64,000 nucleotides of DNA, taken from Hypanus sabinus. Lineage: Eukaryota. Shown in pieces: positions 24,196 to 37,460 of the stretch (position 1 is the first letter of the stretch; each line of letters opens with the position of its first letter). Location of the stretch: NCBI RefSeq assembly GCF_030144855.1, contig NC_082727.1, positions 29,202,001 through 29,266,000 on the forward strand, in the 5' to 3' direction. The position numbers were made by a program, and so were the translations under genes. Below the pieces are notes generated by a model, which worked only from the letters and a program-made list of their open reading frames with translations, had not been told where the DNA came from and made no database searches.

Positions 24196-24834
24196 TATGG
24201 ATCGAAGTTTGTCAAAAGTTTTAGATGACATGCTGAATATGCGCAAACATCTAAGAAAGGCATTGCCATGTATTCTTCGTAATGGCAGTAACATTTCAAA
24301 ACTGATGCCTTGGTGAAACATATTTGCACTAAAAGTAATATCAGTTGCTCACGATTTTATGAAGCATCAGATCAGCACTACTTGTTTCCACCTGGAGTAG
24401 GATGTGTTTCTAACTGAACCGTCAAACTATCATAAGTCTACACTTCCTCATTGCATCCTTAAAATACTCCATGATACAATGAGGAGTAAGAAAGGAAAAC
24501 ACTGGTTCACCAGCCAAGGCACGTTTAAGTGGTCCTTTGGATTTCTTCCAATTCGATTCATTTTGCCTCACTCAGTTTGGGCTGGAGTCCAATATCTTTT
24601 TTAGCATTGGTGATTGTGAAGCAAATGTTTAACTGCGAAATGTAAATCCATTTCAGTAGACAAGAGTACATCTGATGCTTATACCCTTCATTTTAACAGT
24701 TTGGGAAGAATTAGTAAAATTTATCTTGGGTAAATGGGCAACAGCATGTTAGCAGCAGCTTTTAGGTTCCACTGGACTTGAAGTAAGTTGGATTATTAAT
24801 TCACTGATGCCCAAGTTCTACCCCAAAAGATCTG

Positions 24835-25800
24835 AGATTCAAGACTGTTTGATGTCATTTCCTGTACACCAGTATAAAATAATTGTTACTTTGGATCCAA
24901 TGCAGCACAAAAAAGTCACAAAAGATCAAGAACACAATAATAATAAAAAGACGCAATATATATAAATGATTAAGGTAGCTCATATACATAGACTGATTGT
25001 ATATCCATAAAGTGATGCTAAGCTGTACATAGAATGTCTGACAGGAAATAGTCCTGACGTACTGTTGCCGTGGACACACTTACCGATATAGCCAATGGCT
25101 GATGAGGGAAAATTTTTTGCAGTTGATCTCTTTTCCATCTATGGTGGCCTTCTTGAACATCTGCTATTTAGTCCATTCAAAACAGTCCTGGAGCAGAGAA
25201 ATTGCTTAATTATGCCTTATAATGATGGTCCTTTTGACTGGTGTCTCCATTTTCAGCAGTGGTTAGTATGCTGAGATTAACATTCTGAAAATGTGGTCAG
25301 AGAGGCCAAAGTGAGGGCACGGAATGACTTTATAAGGACCATGTCTGTATAAGCATGGTCCATGGTGATGTATTGGTGGAATCTGAGTGAAATATCCTGC
25401 AGGTTAATGTGATTGAAGTCTGAAAAGTCCATCTGCGTGCTTGTTGTAGAAAGCTGATGATACTGTAAAGCTCTCCCAGTTGACCTTGACGTTCATGCTC
25501 AGAGAGCCGCAGAAAGTGCTGATGAGCACAACAGTGAACTCCCTGAGCAGGTAATGTGGCTGGCATTTAACTGTAAGATGCTCAATTTCCCCAGATGTGG
25601 CAATGCAGATAAGTTTGTGCACAACCTTTGTTACCATGCACACAGATTCCACCTCCTTTGGATTTCCCAACAGGGAGTCCCTGTCAGAATGGAACAGAGT
25701 CATCCTGTTCAGTTGAAACGCAGAGTTGGGCACGTTGTTGTTTAACCACGTTTCGGTGAAAACCAGAACGCAGCAGTTTCTCATCTCTTTATCTGTGTTT
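24835..25800 (-). mobile_element. Rex1/Babar element: APE endonuclease region adjoining the 3' UTR
   Basis: ORF 25404..25784 contains CCVLVFTETWL...HSDR...VKCQPHYLLREFT. The 3' UTR lies at 24835-25050. Confidence 0.8.
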
Positions 25801-26204
25801 TTTCTCAGAAAATGCCCATTCCAATCATTTTTATGTTCGCTTTCATCTCAAACTGCTGAATATTACAGTATCTACAAATCAGAAATATGTAAGGGGCTCA
25901 CATATTGAACAGGCTTCTGGACTTAAATTACTTAACAACTGTGGAATGTACTCCAGCCTAAATCTGAGAGGATATTAAGGCATTTGTGCAGAAAACAAGT
26001 GTTCCTTATCATATAATTAATTCTATACTAACATTTTAAAAAAATCTTCTGTTAGCCCTGCATCTAGCAGCTGTCAGCACCTCCATTGTTTGATATTCGC
26101 TCTCAATATCTTACCAGTTTATTATTGAATTTAGTAATTGATAGTCAAAAGATGTTGTCTATCCAGTTTATTTTATACATCAATAAAAAGATAAAACAAT
26201 TGTT

Positions 26205-27325
26205 GACACAGGAAAGCCCTCCCCACCATAGAGCACATCTATTTGGAGCGCTGTCACGGGAAAGCAGTAAAGATCATTGCAGACCCCTACCACCCAGGAC
26301 ATGCTCTGTTCTCATTGCTGCCATCAATAGGGAGTACAGGTTCAGAAACAATAATCACACCTCAACCATCAGGCTCTTGAACCAGAAGGGATAACTTCAC
26401 TCAACTTAACTCGCCCCATTACTGATCAGTTCTCACATCCTATGGACTCACTTTCAATGACTCTTTATCGAATGTTCGTGATAGTTATTGCTTATTTATT
26501 TTTCTCTCAGCTTAAGCTGGTAAAACCTGAGGTATAGGCAGAGCCAAGCACACTCATTTCTCAATTGCGAGAATCTTTTAGACTATTCTAGTGGTGTTTA
26601 ATTTTGTGTCTTTCTGGAGATTTACATAACTATTACTGTGTTGCTTTGTTTAACTATTACTCTGTTGCTTTGTTTAATTGTTTAACGTTATTGTATAGTG
26701 ACTTTGTGATGACAGCAGTTGTAGATATTACTATTGGGAAAGTGTATACCCTGATCATGTTCCATAGTCTATCAATTTCCTCTTTTAATTCATAATATTT
26801 CAGGTGTTTTTCACTTACTGATTTCTGTAAGTTCTGTGTGTCTGGAATGGTTATATCTATTAAGTAAGTTGTTCTTGCTTCTTTTTCTTGTATTAGTGTA
26901 TCTGGGTGGTTATTATGGATTATCCTATCTGTAATGATGGATTGGTCGTAATACAATTTGTGGGATTCTGACTCTAAAATTGGTTCAGGCTTGTATTTAT
27001 AGTGAGGTATGGTGTCTTTTACGAATTAGTATCTTAAAGCAAGATTTTGGTGAACGATGTTTGCCACTTGATTGTGCAAGTGTAAATAATCAGACTGAGT
27101 TAAACTGCTGTAATGGGTTGGATTGTCATTATTATTATTCATTTATTTCTTTTTGTATTTGCCCATGCTTGCACACTGGTTGTTGTCCATCCTGTTGAGC
27201 GTGGGTTTTCACTGATTCTATTGTGATTCTTGTATTTTTTTTTTGTGAACACCCTCAAGAAAATGAATCTCAAGGTTGTATGTAGTGACATATATATACT
27301 TTGATAGTAAATTTACCTTGAACTT
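26205..27325 (+). mobile_element. Rex1/Babar 3' end split by an R4/Dong-like insert
   Basis: STIRLLNQ end and 3' UTR to about 26500. The UTR resumes near 27127 and ends in taaatttaccttgaact. Confidence 0.75.
26503..27126 (-). mobile_element. R4/Dong-like non-LTR retrotransposon 3' end (restriction-like endonuclease domain)
   Basis: ORF 26657..26956 contains NNHPD...TTYLIDITIP...EKHLKYYEL...PIVIST, a PD-D-x-K RLE signature. Upstream it reads DYLHLHNQVANIVHQ. Confidence 0.85.
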
Positions 27326-27529
27326 CTATTTAACTTGACAATTGTGCAAATGATCCCTGTCAATCACTATTTGTATCCAATCGTGAAGCTAGGGAAGCTC
27401 CAGTGGCTCAGAAATTTGGGAACCTTTTCTATATTATAGATAAGTAAACAAAATAAATTGCATCATTTGGGCCTTGATATTATATGGCTGTTGCAAAGAA
27501 AAGTCAGTCCCAATGTCTATCCTTCATTC

Positions 27530-27755
27530 AAACCCTACTTGGATTACACCTTCCTCCCCCACCTGGCTTCATCTATCACCTGCCAGTTTGTTCTCCTACC
27601 CTCCCTCTCCACCACCCCCCGCATCTTTTTATTCTGGCTTCTTCCCCCTTCCTTTCTAATTGCAAAGAAGGGTCTCAGCCTGAAACATTGGCTCTTTCTT
27701 CCTTTCAATAGATACTGCCTGACCAGTTGGCTTCCTATAGCATTTTGTGTGTTAC
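27530..27755 (+). mobile_element. Penelope-like pseudo-LTR, hammerhead core destroyed
   Basis: Homologous to 9240-9424, with gaagggtctcagcctgaaacatt. Confidence 0.75.
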
Positions 27756-28889
27756 TTTGCTATTTCCATATCTTTGCAATTTTTGCTCCTTTAAGTGAAG
27801 GCTACTGCTGAGTTTCTATCTAGTACATGAGTCAACTGATACCTTTTTGCCTCTTACTATTTGTTCATGAATTTTTATTTCCCTATGTTGTCTCAAGTTT
27901 TCTTGTTCATTTTCTTAAACACTTACATTCCGGAAATTGGCCCTTCGGTTGTCAGTATCGTTTTATTATGAAATCTCTTCTCTGCTTTAAGAAGAAACAA
28001 AACTTTTCTCTTTTATCCACATATCGCAAATCTCTCAGTTCTGGAGTTATTCCAGGAAATCTCAGCTGTAGCTCTGTAAAGCATGGTACCTAGAAATAAA
28101 CCCAATTCTACATACTTGTATACCTTTTGTATCTAACACTTCTGGATCTGAAGCCCAGAAATGCTCATGCACTTTAACTCTGTAACTGTAATGCAACCAT
28201 TAAAGATTTTAGTACAACCATTTCCAACTCTCGTTACACTATTTAAAATGTTACTGCTTTGTGTGTGCATACTCTCTCCATTGTCTTCCTACCAAAAGAT
28301 ATTGAAACACTCCGGATTTTATTTCCTGAAATATTATTTCCTGATTGAAATAATATCTTTATGTACATTTGAATTAATATATATTTCTGCTTCAGTTTTG
28401 TTGGGAAATGTCTATGAATTTCCCACTTTTGACATCTGGTTTGCAGTTCTAGACCATATGAAACAGGTTATCATGACTGTTGTGGTCTTGCTTTCACCTC
28501 TACAACTACTCAATTCCCAAGTGACCAATTTATATAATTACTCCTTATCATCTTATCCTTCCATCCTTTTAAACTCTCTTCCACAGACTCCAGATAGTAT
28601 TCTCAATTGCTCCATCATTTTCTTCACCCTGCAATGATCAAAACTCCACAGAGCATTCTTTGCAAAGGGGGCAAGATAGAGATAGCCGTGGTTCACATGG
28701 CAATGTACTAAATTTTTAATTTATCTCAATGTCTTAATTTGTTTCATCATTTTCAGCAAGCTTTATTCCAGGAGATCCAGTTTGTTGTCAGTCGGGCTTG
28801 TAGAATTGATGAGCCTGTGCCTTCCTGTATCCATACTCTATACTACAGCGCTGCTTTCACAAAATGGGCTTCCTCAATAATTCATTCAT

Positions 28890-29520
28890 AGAATCCTAGA
28901 ACAGTAGAACATGAAGCCAGCCCTTCAGCCCATCATAGTCATACACATCCTTTTGCCCATCTAAGCTACTTGCATTTGCAAGCACTTGGTCTGCTTTTTT
29001 AATGCCTTCCTTGTTCAAGTTGCTGCCTAAATATCTCAGTGGGTTGATTGTATCTGATTCCATACCTCCTTTGCCAGTGTTCCAGATATCAACCACCCTC
29101 TATGTATAAAACCTTCCCCTCAAATCTCTTTCCGCTCATTTAAATGTATGTCCTCTTATTTCAGCTACCCCAACTGGTGGAACAAGATTCTGATGATCAT
29201 CCCTCTGACTCTTATAACATTTTATACCTCTGTCAGGTTACCACATAGGCTCCTTCACTACAGGGAAAGCAAACCCAGTTTATCAAACCTCTCCCCATAA
29301 GTAAAATCCTCCAATCAAGACAACATGCTGATGAATTTCCTCTACACTCTCTTCACAGCCTATGGTGTGTTGAGAACTGAACGGTATACAGCACCTCCAG
29401 TGAAGTCTAACTAATATTTTGTAAAATTGCAGCACAGTATTCCAGCTTTTATATTCCGTGCTTCAACCTATGAAAATAAAGGTGCCATATGCCTGAGTTT
29501 CCACCCAGTCTACTGTACCC
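28890..29520 (-). mobile_element. CR1 3' fragment
   Basis: catagaa tail on plus. Reverse complement of CR1 ORF2 C-terminal sequence. Confidence 0.7.
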
Positions 29521-30634
29521 GTGCCCCCAATTGAACCCCATAGCCTGTGTTCGTTCTTATTTCTTAATGTTGTTGCATTGGGGCGTAGGATTGTTGTTTT
29601 TCTTGAAATTTAACTTTCCTGTGCTTGCTTGTTTTTTTATATAATCACATTATTTTCCAGCAATTATGGTACAGTTGCTTCTGTGTTTTTCTAGAAGCTT
29701 CTTTTCTGTAGTACTGTAGGTGTCACATTATGTGAATCTGGCTATTTTATTGGTTAACTGTTATCACTGGAGTTTTGTTCATCTTTAGTCTTGGAGTCAT
29801 AGAACACTATAGCACAGAGACACCCTCTGCCTTTTCAAACGTACCTATATTCTGCCTTTAGAATATAATGGTAAGTTTCCTTCCACTGATTGAAGGCTTA
29901 TTGGATTGTAGTTCCTTGGCTTGTTCTTCCTCAACTAAAGGACCAGCATTAGCTGTGCTCCTGTCTTATGGTACCTTACCTATGATTACTGAAGATGCAG
30001 AATTCTCTGTCAAGGCCCCAGCTATTCCTATCCTATTTCTCATCTGTTTTTTTTCATCCACTATCATACGTTCCATCAGTCTGCTACCCCATTCTTAATC
30101 CTGACATGCTTCAAGCGATCAGCATGACCCTCCCTGAACTCGGATTGGCAAATGTAATCAACCTGCGATTTGTGTTTTTAAGTCATAACTGAAGAATCAA
30201 TTGGATGTCCTCATGGTGTTGAATAGGTCGTTAATTCTATGAGCTTGTTCTTCAGTTTAATTAGATAACAGCTGTTCTGCACTTCTAAACCTTTTTACCC
30301 ACATTTGATTCATGTTTCTCAAAACACACGACAAACAAAAATCTAATTTCAGTCACGAAAATATATTAACACACCCTTGTGGAGTAAATTCTATATTTCT
30401 GACGTCAGGAAGCCATTCCTCACACATTTCTGAATAACCTGATTCTAATTTTAACATTTTATCTCTACCTGAAATGAAGACAGACAAAGAACGGAAAGTT
30501 GCAGTGAAACAAGCCTTTCATTCCAACCATGTGCAATAGGGCTTGACAGAAACAATAGTCAGGAAAGATTTTCATGCAGCTTAACAAAAGTAATTATTGT
30601 TTTCCTTAGGAGATAGAAGCAGTGTCTTGGGGTC

Positions 30635-31452
30635 TTGATTCCCCTTGGAGCACATCTGCAAGGAGTGTAAACACAAGAAAGCTGCATCTATCACCAAGGA
30701 CCCCAGCCATCAAGACCATGCTCTCTTTTCACTGCCTCCACTGGAAAGGATGTATAGGAGCTTTAGGAGCTTCAGGTCCTATACCACCAGGTTGAGGAAT
30801 AGTTATTCCCCTTCAACCATCAGGCTCCTGAACCAGCGTGGGTAACTTCACCCACTTCAACACTGCTCTGACTCATGACCTGTGGGCTCACTTTCGAGGA
30901 TCCTACCAATCATGTTCTCAGTATTATTCATTTACTTATTTATGATTATTATTTGTTTTTGTGTTGGCACGTGGCCAAGTGGTTAAGGCGTTGGTCTAGT
31001 GATCTGAAGGTCGCTAGTTCTATCCTCAGCTAAGGCAACGTGTTGTGTCCTTGAGCAAGGCACTTAACCACACATTGCTCTGCGACGACACCCGTGCCAA
31101 GCTGTATCAGCCCTTGTCCTTCCCTTGGACAACATCGGTAGTGTGGAGAGGGGAGACTTGCAGCATGGGTAACTGCTAGTCTCCCATACAACCCTGCCCA
31201 GGCCTGTGCCCTGGAAACCATTCCAAAGCGCAAATCCATGGGCTGTCGAGACTAACGGATGCCTATATATTTGTTTTTGTGTATTTGCACAGTATACCTT
31301 CTTTTTCACATTGGTTATCAGTCTTTGTGTGTAGTTCTTCATTGATTCCATTGTATTTCTTCGTTTCACTGTGAATACCTACAAGAAGATGAATTTCAGG
31401 GTAGTACATTGTGACATACACATACTTTATTAATAAATTTACTTTGAATTTT
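30635..31452 (+). mobile_element. Rex1/Babar 3' end split by a SINE
   Basis: ORF 30645..30845 reads KKAASITKDPSHQDHALFSLPP...RLRNSYSPSTIRLLN. Confidence 0.85.
30965..31267 (+). mobile_element. tRNA-derived SINE with CORE-like domain and 15-bp TSD
   Basis: A box TGGCCAAGTGG and B-box-like GTTCTATCC. GTGTCCTTGAGCAAGGCACTTAACC resembles the MIR/AFC core. TATTTGTTTTTGTGT lies at 30950-30964 and 31268-31282. Confidence 0.9.
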
Positions 31453-31714
31453 GATAACGATTGTGCAAGAAAGAGGCTTACACATTATCTTGGCATAATA
31501 CATTATTCCAATAATTAGCATTGGCACATAGATATGTAGATGTTATTCCAATATTTCCAGAATATACCAAGTGGGTCAGGAGGTGTGTTTTTTGGGGTGG
31601 CTATCTGGATAACCCGAGATGTGGTATGCTCCTTCAGCTAGTTTCAGTGGGCTTTTATGTGCTCCAGATAAACAGTTTTTTTCTTTTTGGGATGCCCATT
31701 CTCCGTTTTGATTT

Positions 31715-31895
31715 TTACTGGCTGGAGGTTCCCAGATGAGTCAGATGAAATATTACATTTTGAGGAACTTTTGAGAACATCGTTGAAGTGTTCCCAAGAA
31801 ATCTCTTGCTATAAAGGAGCTTAGAGTAAAATGCCTGTTTTGGGAATCTGGTGTTGGGTATTTCAATGATGTAGCTGACGTGTTCCGGATACCTG
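31715..31895 (-). mobile_element. RTE-like LINE C-terminal remnant
   Basis: HVSYIIEIPNTRFPKQAFYSKLLYSKR resembles the RTE motif GHV.RM.D.RLPKQ.FY.EL..GKR. Confidence 0.55.
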
Positions 31896-32042
31896 AGTGT
31901 AATTAGAACCTTGACACTGAGAATAGATTCTTGATTCATCAGAGGATGAAGGGGTATGGGGAGAAGACAGGAGATTAGGGCTGAGAGAAAAATTTAATCA
32001 GCCATCAGACTTGATGGGCCAGAAGGCCAAGTTCTGCTTCAA

Positions 32043-34364
32043 CAGTGTCCATAAAAAGTATTCACTGGACTTGGAAGTTTTCATGTTTCACTGTTTTACG
32101 ACAGTGAATCACAGTGGATTTAATTTGGTTTTTTTGACACTGATCAACAGAACAAGACAATGTAAAGACAGTCTTTTGTGTCAATGTAAAGACAGATCTC
32201 TACAAAGTAATCTAAATTAATTACAAATATAAAACACAAAATAGTTGATTGCATAAGTGTTCACCCCTCCCTGATAAATAACACATCCAACCATAACTGG
32301 TACAGCCAATTGGTTTTCAAAGTCTCATAATTAGTTAAATGGAGATCTGTTTTTGGAGACCTGTGTGCAGTCAGGGTGTTTCAATTGATTGTAGTAAAAT
32401 TACACCTGTATCTGGAAGGTCCAGCTGCTGGTGAGTCAGTATCCTGTAAAAAACTACACCAGGAAGACAAAAGAACACTCCAAGTGACTCTGCACAAAGG
32501 TTATTGAAAAGCACAAGTCAAGAGATGGATACAAGAAAATTTGTAAGTCACTGAATATCCCTTGGAGTACAGTTAAGTCAATCATCAAGAAATGGAAAGA
32601 TTATGACACAGCTGTAAATATGCCTAGAGCAGGCATTCCTCAAAAACTGAGAGACCCTGCAAGAAGGGGACGAGTGAAGGAGGGTAACAAGATACTTATG
32701 ACAACTCTGGAGGAGTTTCAATCTACAGTGGCTGAGAGGGGAGAGACTGCACATGCAACGATGTTGCCCAGGTGCTTCACCAGTCACAGCTTTATGGGAG
32801 AGTGGCAAAGAGAAAACCACTGTCGAAAAAACTGATATGAACCTGTGCAGGTTGACTCTGTGGTTAAGAAAGCATACGATGCATTGGCCTTCATCAATCA
32901 TGGGATTGAGTTTAGGAACCGAGAAGTAATATTGCAGCTATATAGGACCCTGGTCAGACCCCACTTGGAGTACTGTGCTCAGTTCTGGTAGCCCCACTAC
33001 AGGAAGGATGTGGGAACCATAGAAAGGGTGCAGAGGAGATCTACAAGGATGTTGCCTGGATTGGGGAGCATGCCTAATGGGAATAGGTTGAGTGAACTTG
33101 GCCTTTTTATCCTTGGAGGGATGGAGGATGAGAGGTGACCTGATAGAGGTGTATAAGATGACAAGAGGCATTAATCATGTGGATAGTCAGAGGCTTTTTC
33201 CCAGGGCTGAAATGGCTAGCATAAGAGGGCACAGTTTTAAGATGCTTGGAAGCAGGTACAGAGGAGATGTCAGGGGTAAGTTTTTTACGCAGTGAGTGGT
33301 GAGTGCGTGGAATGGGCTGCCGGTGATGGTGGTGGAGGCGGATACAATAGGGTCTTTTAAGACACTTCTGAATATGTACATGGAGCTCAGAAAAATAGAG
33401 AGCTATTGGTAGCCCTAGGTAATTTCTAAGGTAAGGACATGTTCAGCACAGCTTTGTGGGCTGAAGGGCCTGTATTGTGCTGTAGGTTTTCTAAGTTTCT
33501 ATGTTTCTAAATCTCAGCTAGAGTTTGCTAGAAGGCATGTGGGAGACTCTGAAGTCAGCTGGAAGAAGGTTCTATGATCTGATGAAATCAAAATTGATCT
33601 TTTTGGCCATCAGACTAAACTCTCTGTTTGGTATACACTAAATGCCGCACATCATCAAAAACTCACCATCCCTACAATGAAGTATGGTGGTGGCTGCATC
33701 ACGCTGTGGGGATGCTTCTCTGCAGCAGGCCCTGGAAGGCTTGTGAAGGTAGAGGGTAAAATGAAAGCAGCAAAATACAGGGAAATCCTGGAGGAAAACC
33801 TGATTCAGTCTGCAAGAGAATCGCGACTTGGGAGAAGATTTGTTTTCCAGTAAGGCAATGACCCCAAGCATAAAGCCAAAGCTACACAGGAATGGCTTAA
33901 AAACAACAAAGTTAACTGGAGTGGCCAAGTCAGAGTCCAGACTTCAATCTAACAGAGGATTTCTGGCCGGACGTGAAAAGGGCTGTTCATTCACGATCCC
34001 CATGCAATCTGACAGAGCTTGAGCAGTTTTGTGAAGAAGAATGGGGAAAAGTTGCGGATTCTAGTTGTGCGAAGCTGATAGAGACCGATCCAAACAGACT
34101 CAAGGCTGCAATTGCTACCAAAGGTATATCTACCAAATATTGACTTGAAGGGGATGAACACTTATGCAATCAATAATTTTATGTTTTATATTTGTAATTA
34201 ATTTAGATCACTTTGCAGAGATCTGTTTTCACTTTTAACATGAAAGAGTCTTTTTCTGTTGGTCAATGTCAAAAAACACCAAATTAAATCCACTATGATT
34301 CGATATTGTAAAACAATAAAGCTTGAAAAGTTCCAAAGCGGGTGTATACTTTTGATAGGCACTG
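32043..34364 (+). mobile_element. Full-length Tc1 (DD34E-type) transposon with about 220-bp inverted repeats; transposase pseudogene at about 32461-34143
   Basis: Termini CAGTGTCCATAAAAAG and ...ATAGGCACTG-TA, with inner repeat gattgcataagtgttca inverted. Peptides KTKEHS..VIEKHKS.DGYKKI.KSLNIPWSTV, SDEIKI, KYGGGCITLWGCFS, NDPKH and PSQSPDFN. Confidence 0.92.
32843..33508 (+). mobile_element. CR1 3' fragment inserted in the Tc1 transposase
   Basis: LYRTLVRPHLEYCAQFW and RMRGDLIEVYK, with tttctatgtttcta tail. Confidence 0.9.
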
Positions 34365-35139
34365 TATATCTTATAGTCTTATGATACTGATCTAGAAGAG
34401 GACCCAGGCATTAGCTTGCATTCCCTGCTGATAAATGTGGAAGATTTATTGTAAGCAGCATTGGTGGTGTTCCTTCAGTGCTTTGTGGTGCCTACTATAA
34501 CTAGTCCAGGTCTCTGAAACATACTGGAGGACAAGGACGATGCTGACGAGTAGTCCATAGGTTTAGTGTTGAGTCTTGGTCACTTTGAGATTGCCAAAGG
34601 CTGTGCTGGTGTAATGGAGATGTGATTAATTTTGTCGCAGATGCCTGTCTTCTTTGAGAAGCAACTGAGTTTTGAGCCTGAAGTCCTGCAACAGATTTGT
34701 TGCTGCAAGGGATGTGATTGAGAGTTCACTGAACTGAATGCAATGCACAGATTTCAGATGTATCTTTATCCCATAAGAAATAAGGGTGCTGAATCTTAAT
34801 GTGGGTGAGGACATGGAATAGCTTCCATTAGCAGGTTCCTTGACGGGAGTCTGAATTCTTAGTCATAATGCAGAGGTGGAAAGCACTACCCAAGAACTAC
34901 AGTAAGAAGTATAAGGATTGAGGTGCTCTAATAAATTATAAGTACCTAATTTGAAAGAAGAGTTGTTGGCTGATCACTATCTGCCCGTGCTGACTGCCTT
35001 TACTGTATGATAGGATTTTAACCCTCAGATGGAATGTTGCATGCAGTTCTGGTAACCACTCAATAGGAAACCAAGATGGCACTGGCAATATACTGGCTGG
35101 CAGCTCACAAAATCACACCACCAGGCTCACGTCACCCAG

Positions 35140-35440
35140 CTTACCATCAGGCATCTGAACTGGCATGAATTACTTCACACACCTCAACTTTAAACTGATT
35201 TACAACCAAGAGATTCACTTCAAGGACTCTGCAACTCAGGTTCTTGTTATTACTTATTTGCTTTTTTATTATTTGCACCAATTGCCTTTTGTACATTGGT
35301 TGTTTGTTAGTCATTGTTTATAGTTTTCATACATTTTATTGTATTTCTTTATTCTCTTGTAAATGCCTACAGGAAATGAATCTCAAGGTAGTTTATGTTG
35401 ATATCTACTACATACAGTACTTAGATAATAAATTTACTTT
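35140..35440 (+). mobile_element. Rex1/Babar 3' UTR
   Basis: Homologous to 30820-31452. Confidence 0.7.
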
Positions 35441-36224
35441 GACAGAGGAAAGAAATGATTGCATTGCAGAGGATGGAGTGGAGACTGATCAGATGTTACC
35501 TTGGATGAAAAGTTTGTAGCAATCAAGGGAAGAAACTTGTATATATACGTGACCTCATAATGGGACAAAATGCTCTGCATCCAACCAAGGACTTTGGAAG
35601 TGTAATCAACATGATAATATAGGCGAAACAGCAGCCAATTCACACAATCTCCCATGATCTGCAGTTTAACCTTAGTTTTTTAAAATCAATCCACTAGATC
35701 TATATGACCAACAGAGTGGACAGGTAAGCACTGTTGAAGCTTCAGCTGAATGATGCCTCTCCAAATGGAGCATTGCTCCTTTATACTGCAGTGGACCCTC
35801 AGAACAGATGATGTGGTCAGTGTGCTGGAGGCTGATTCAAAGCCACTTCATTCTGATAGACGCGAGATCCCTTACAATGGAGCCAAGGCTATTCTGGAAA
35901 AGAAAAAGGGGAGAGCCCACACGAACTCAACAAGGATATCTTAATTCCAAAAAATTGGGTGGAAAATATTTTTTCAATCATAGATCCAATAATAAGTCCA
36001 CTTATAGATCTAATGTAGCTGGGTTGGAGCAAGTTTGATATTTAAACATAATGAGCGGGCATGTATCTTCAGCTTGGCAAATTTCTCAAGCTTTGGGAAA
36101 ACTTTCTCTCAAAGAAGATGAGAATATTTTGCTGTTGTCTGTGATGAGTGGCATAGTTTTGTTCTATCTACCAAGCTTCTTTCTTCCCACCAGTAGTGTC
36201 TTCCCCACCATTCAGTTCCATCCT

Positions 36225-37460
36225 GCGCTCATATGTCAGCATGTTTCCTTTAGGGGAAATATTGCCCGACAAATCTGTTGGAATTCTTTGAGAAAATAAC
36301 GGGCAAGATAGATAAAGGAGAGTCTGTGGATGTTGTTTACTTGGATCTTCAGGCGGCCTTTGACAAGATGCTGCAGATGAGGCTGCTTAGCAAGATAAGA
36401 GCCCATCATATCACAGGAAAGATGCATGCAGGGATAGAAGATTGACTGACTGGCTGGAGGCAAAGAGAGGAAATAAAGAGGGCCTTGACTGCTTGGCTGC
36501 TGGTGACTGGTGGTGTTCCACAGGGGTTAGTGTTGGAACCGCTTCTCTTCACGTTATATGTCAATGATTTGTATGACAGAATTGATGGCTTTGTGGCCAA
36601 CTTTGTAGACAATACACAGACTGGTGGAGGGGCAGATAGTGTTGTAGAAGCAGGGAGTCTGCGGAAGTGCTTGGACAAATTGGAGAATGGGCAAAGAAGT
36701 GGCAGATGGAATATTGCGTACAGAAGTATATAGTCATGCACCATGGTAAAAGAACTATTTTCTAAACATGGAGAAAATACAATTATTAGAGGAGTCCCTG
36801 TGCAAGATTCCTTAAAGGTTAATTTGTAGGTTGAGTCAGTGGTAAGGAAGCCAAATGCAATGTTAGCTTTCATTTTGAGAGGACTAGACAAAGGAAAAAT
36901 ATAATACTGAGGCCTTATAAGCCATTGGTAAGACCACAGTTAGACTATTGTAATCAGTTTCAAGCCCCCTATCTAAGACAAGATGTGCTGGCATTGGAAA
37001 CGGTCCAGAAGAAGCTCCCAAGAATGATTCTGGGAATGAGGAGACTAATGTATGATGAGTGTTTAATAGGTCTGGGCCTGTACTTGCTGGAGTTTAGAAG
37101 AATGAGGATGGATTTTATTTAAACCTATCAAATATTGAAATGAAGAGTGGATGTGAAGAGGAGGTTCCCTATATTGGGTGTGCCTAGGACTCAGAATAAA
37201 TGGGCATTCTTTTACTTCGGAGATGAAAGAGGAAACTCTTAGCCAGAGAGTGGTGATTCTGTGGAATTCCTTGCAACAGATGGCTGTGGCAGCCAATCAT
37301 TGAGTATATTTAAAGCGGAAGTTGCTAAGTCCTTGATTAATCATAGCATCAAAAGTTACAGGGAGAAGGCAGGAGAATCGTGTTGAGAGGGAAAAACAAA
37401 TTAGCTATGATCAAATGGTGGAGCAATTTTGATGGGCCAAATGGCTTAATTCTGCTCCTG
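36225..37460 (+). mobile_element. CR1 ORF2 RT-to-3'-end fragment
   Basis: VTGGVPQGLVLEPLLFTLYVNDL, NFVDNT and VRPQLDYC. Confidence 0.9.

Noticed and set aside
28161-28637. 158-aa hydrophobic ORF as a membrane protein
   Set aside because: Hydrophobicity follows from T-rich sequence. There is no motif or splice support.
30965-31035. tRNA genes here and at about 41815-41889
   Set aside because: The tRNA-like heads run into SINE bodies, one is bounded by a TSD, and no clean cloverleaf is evident.
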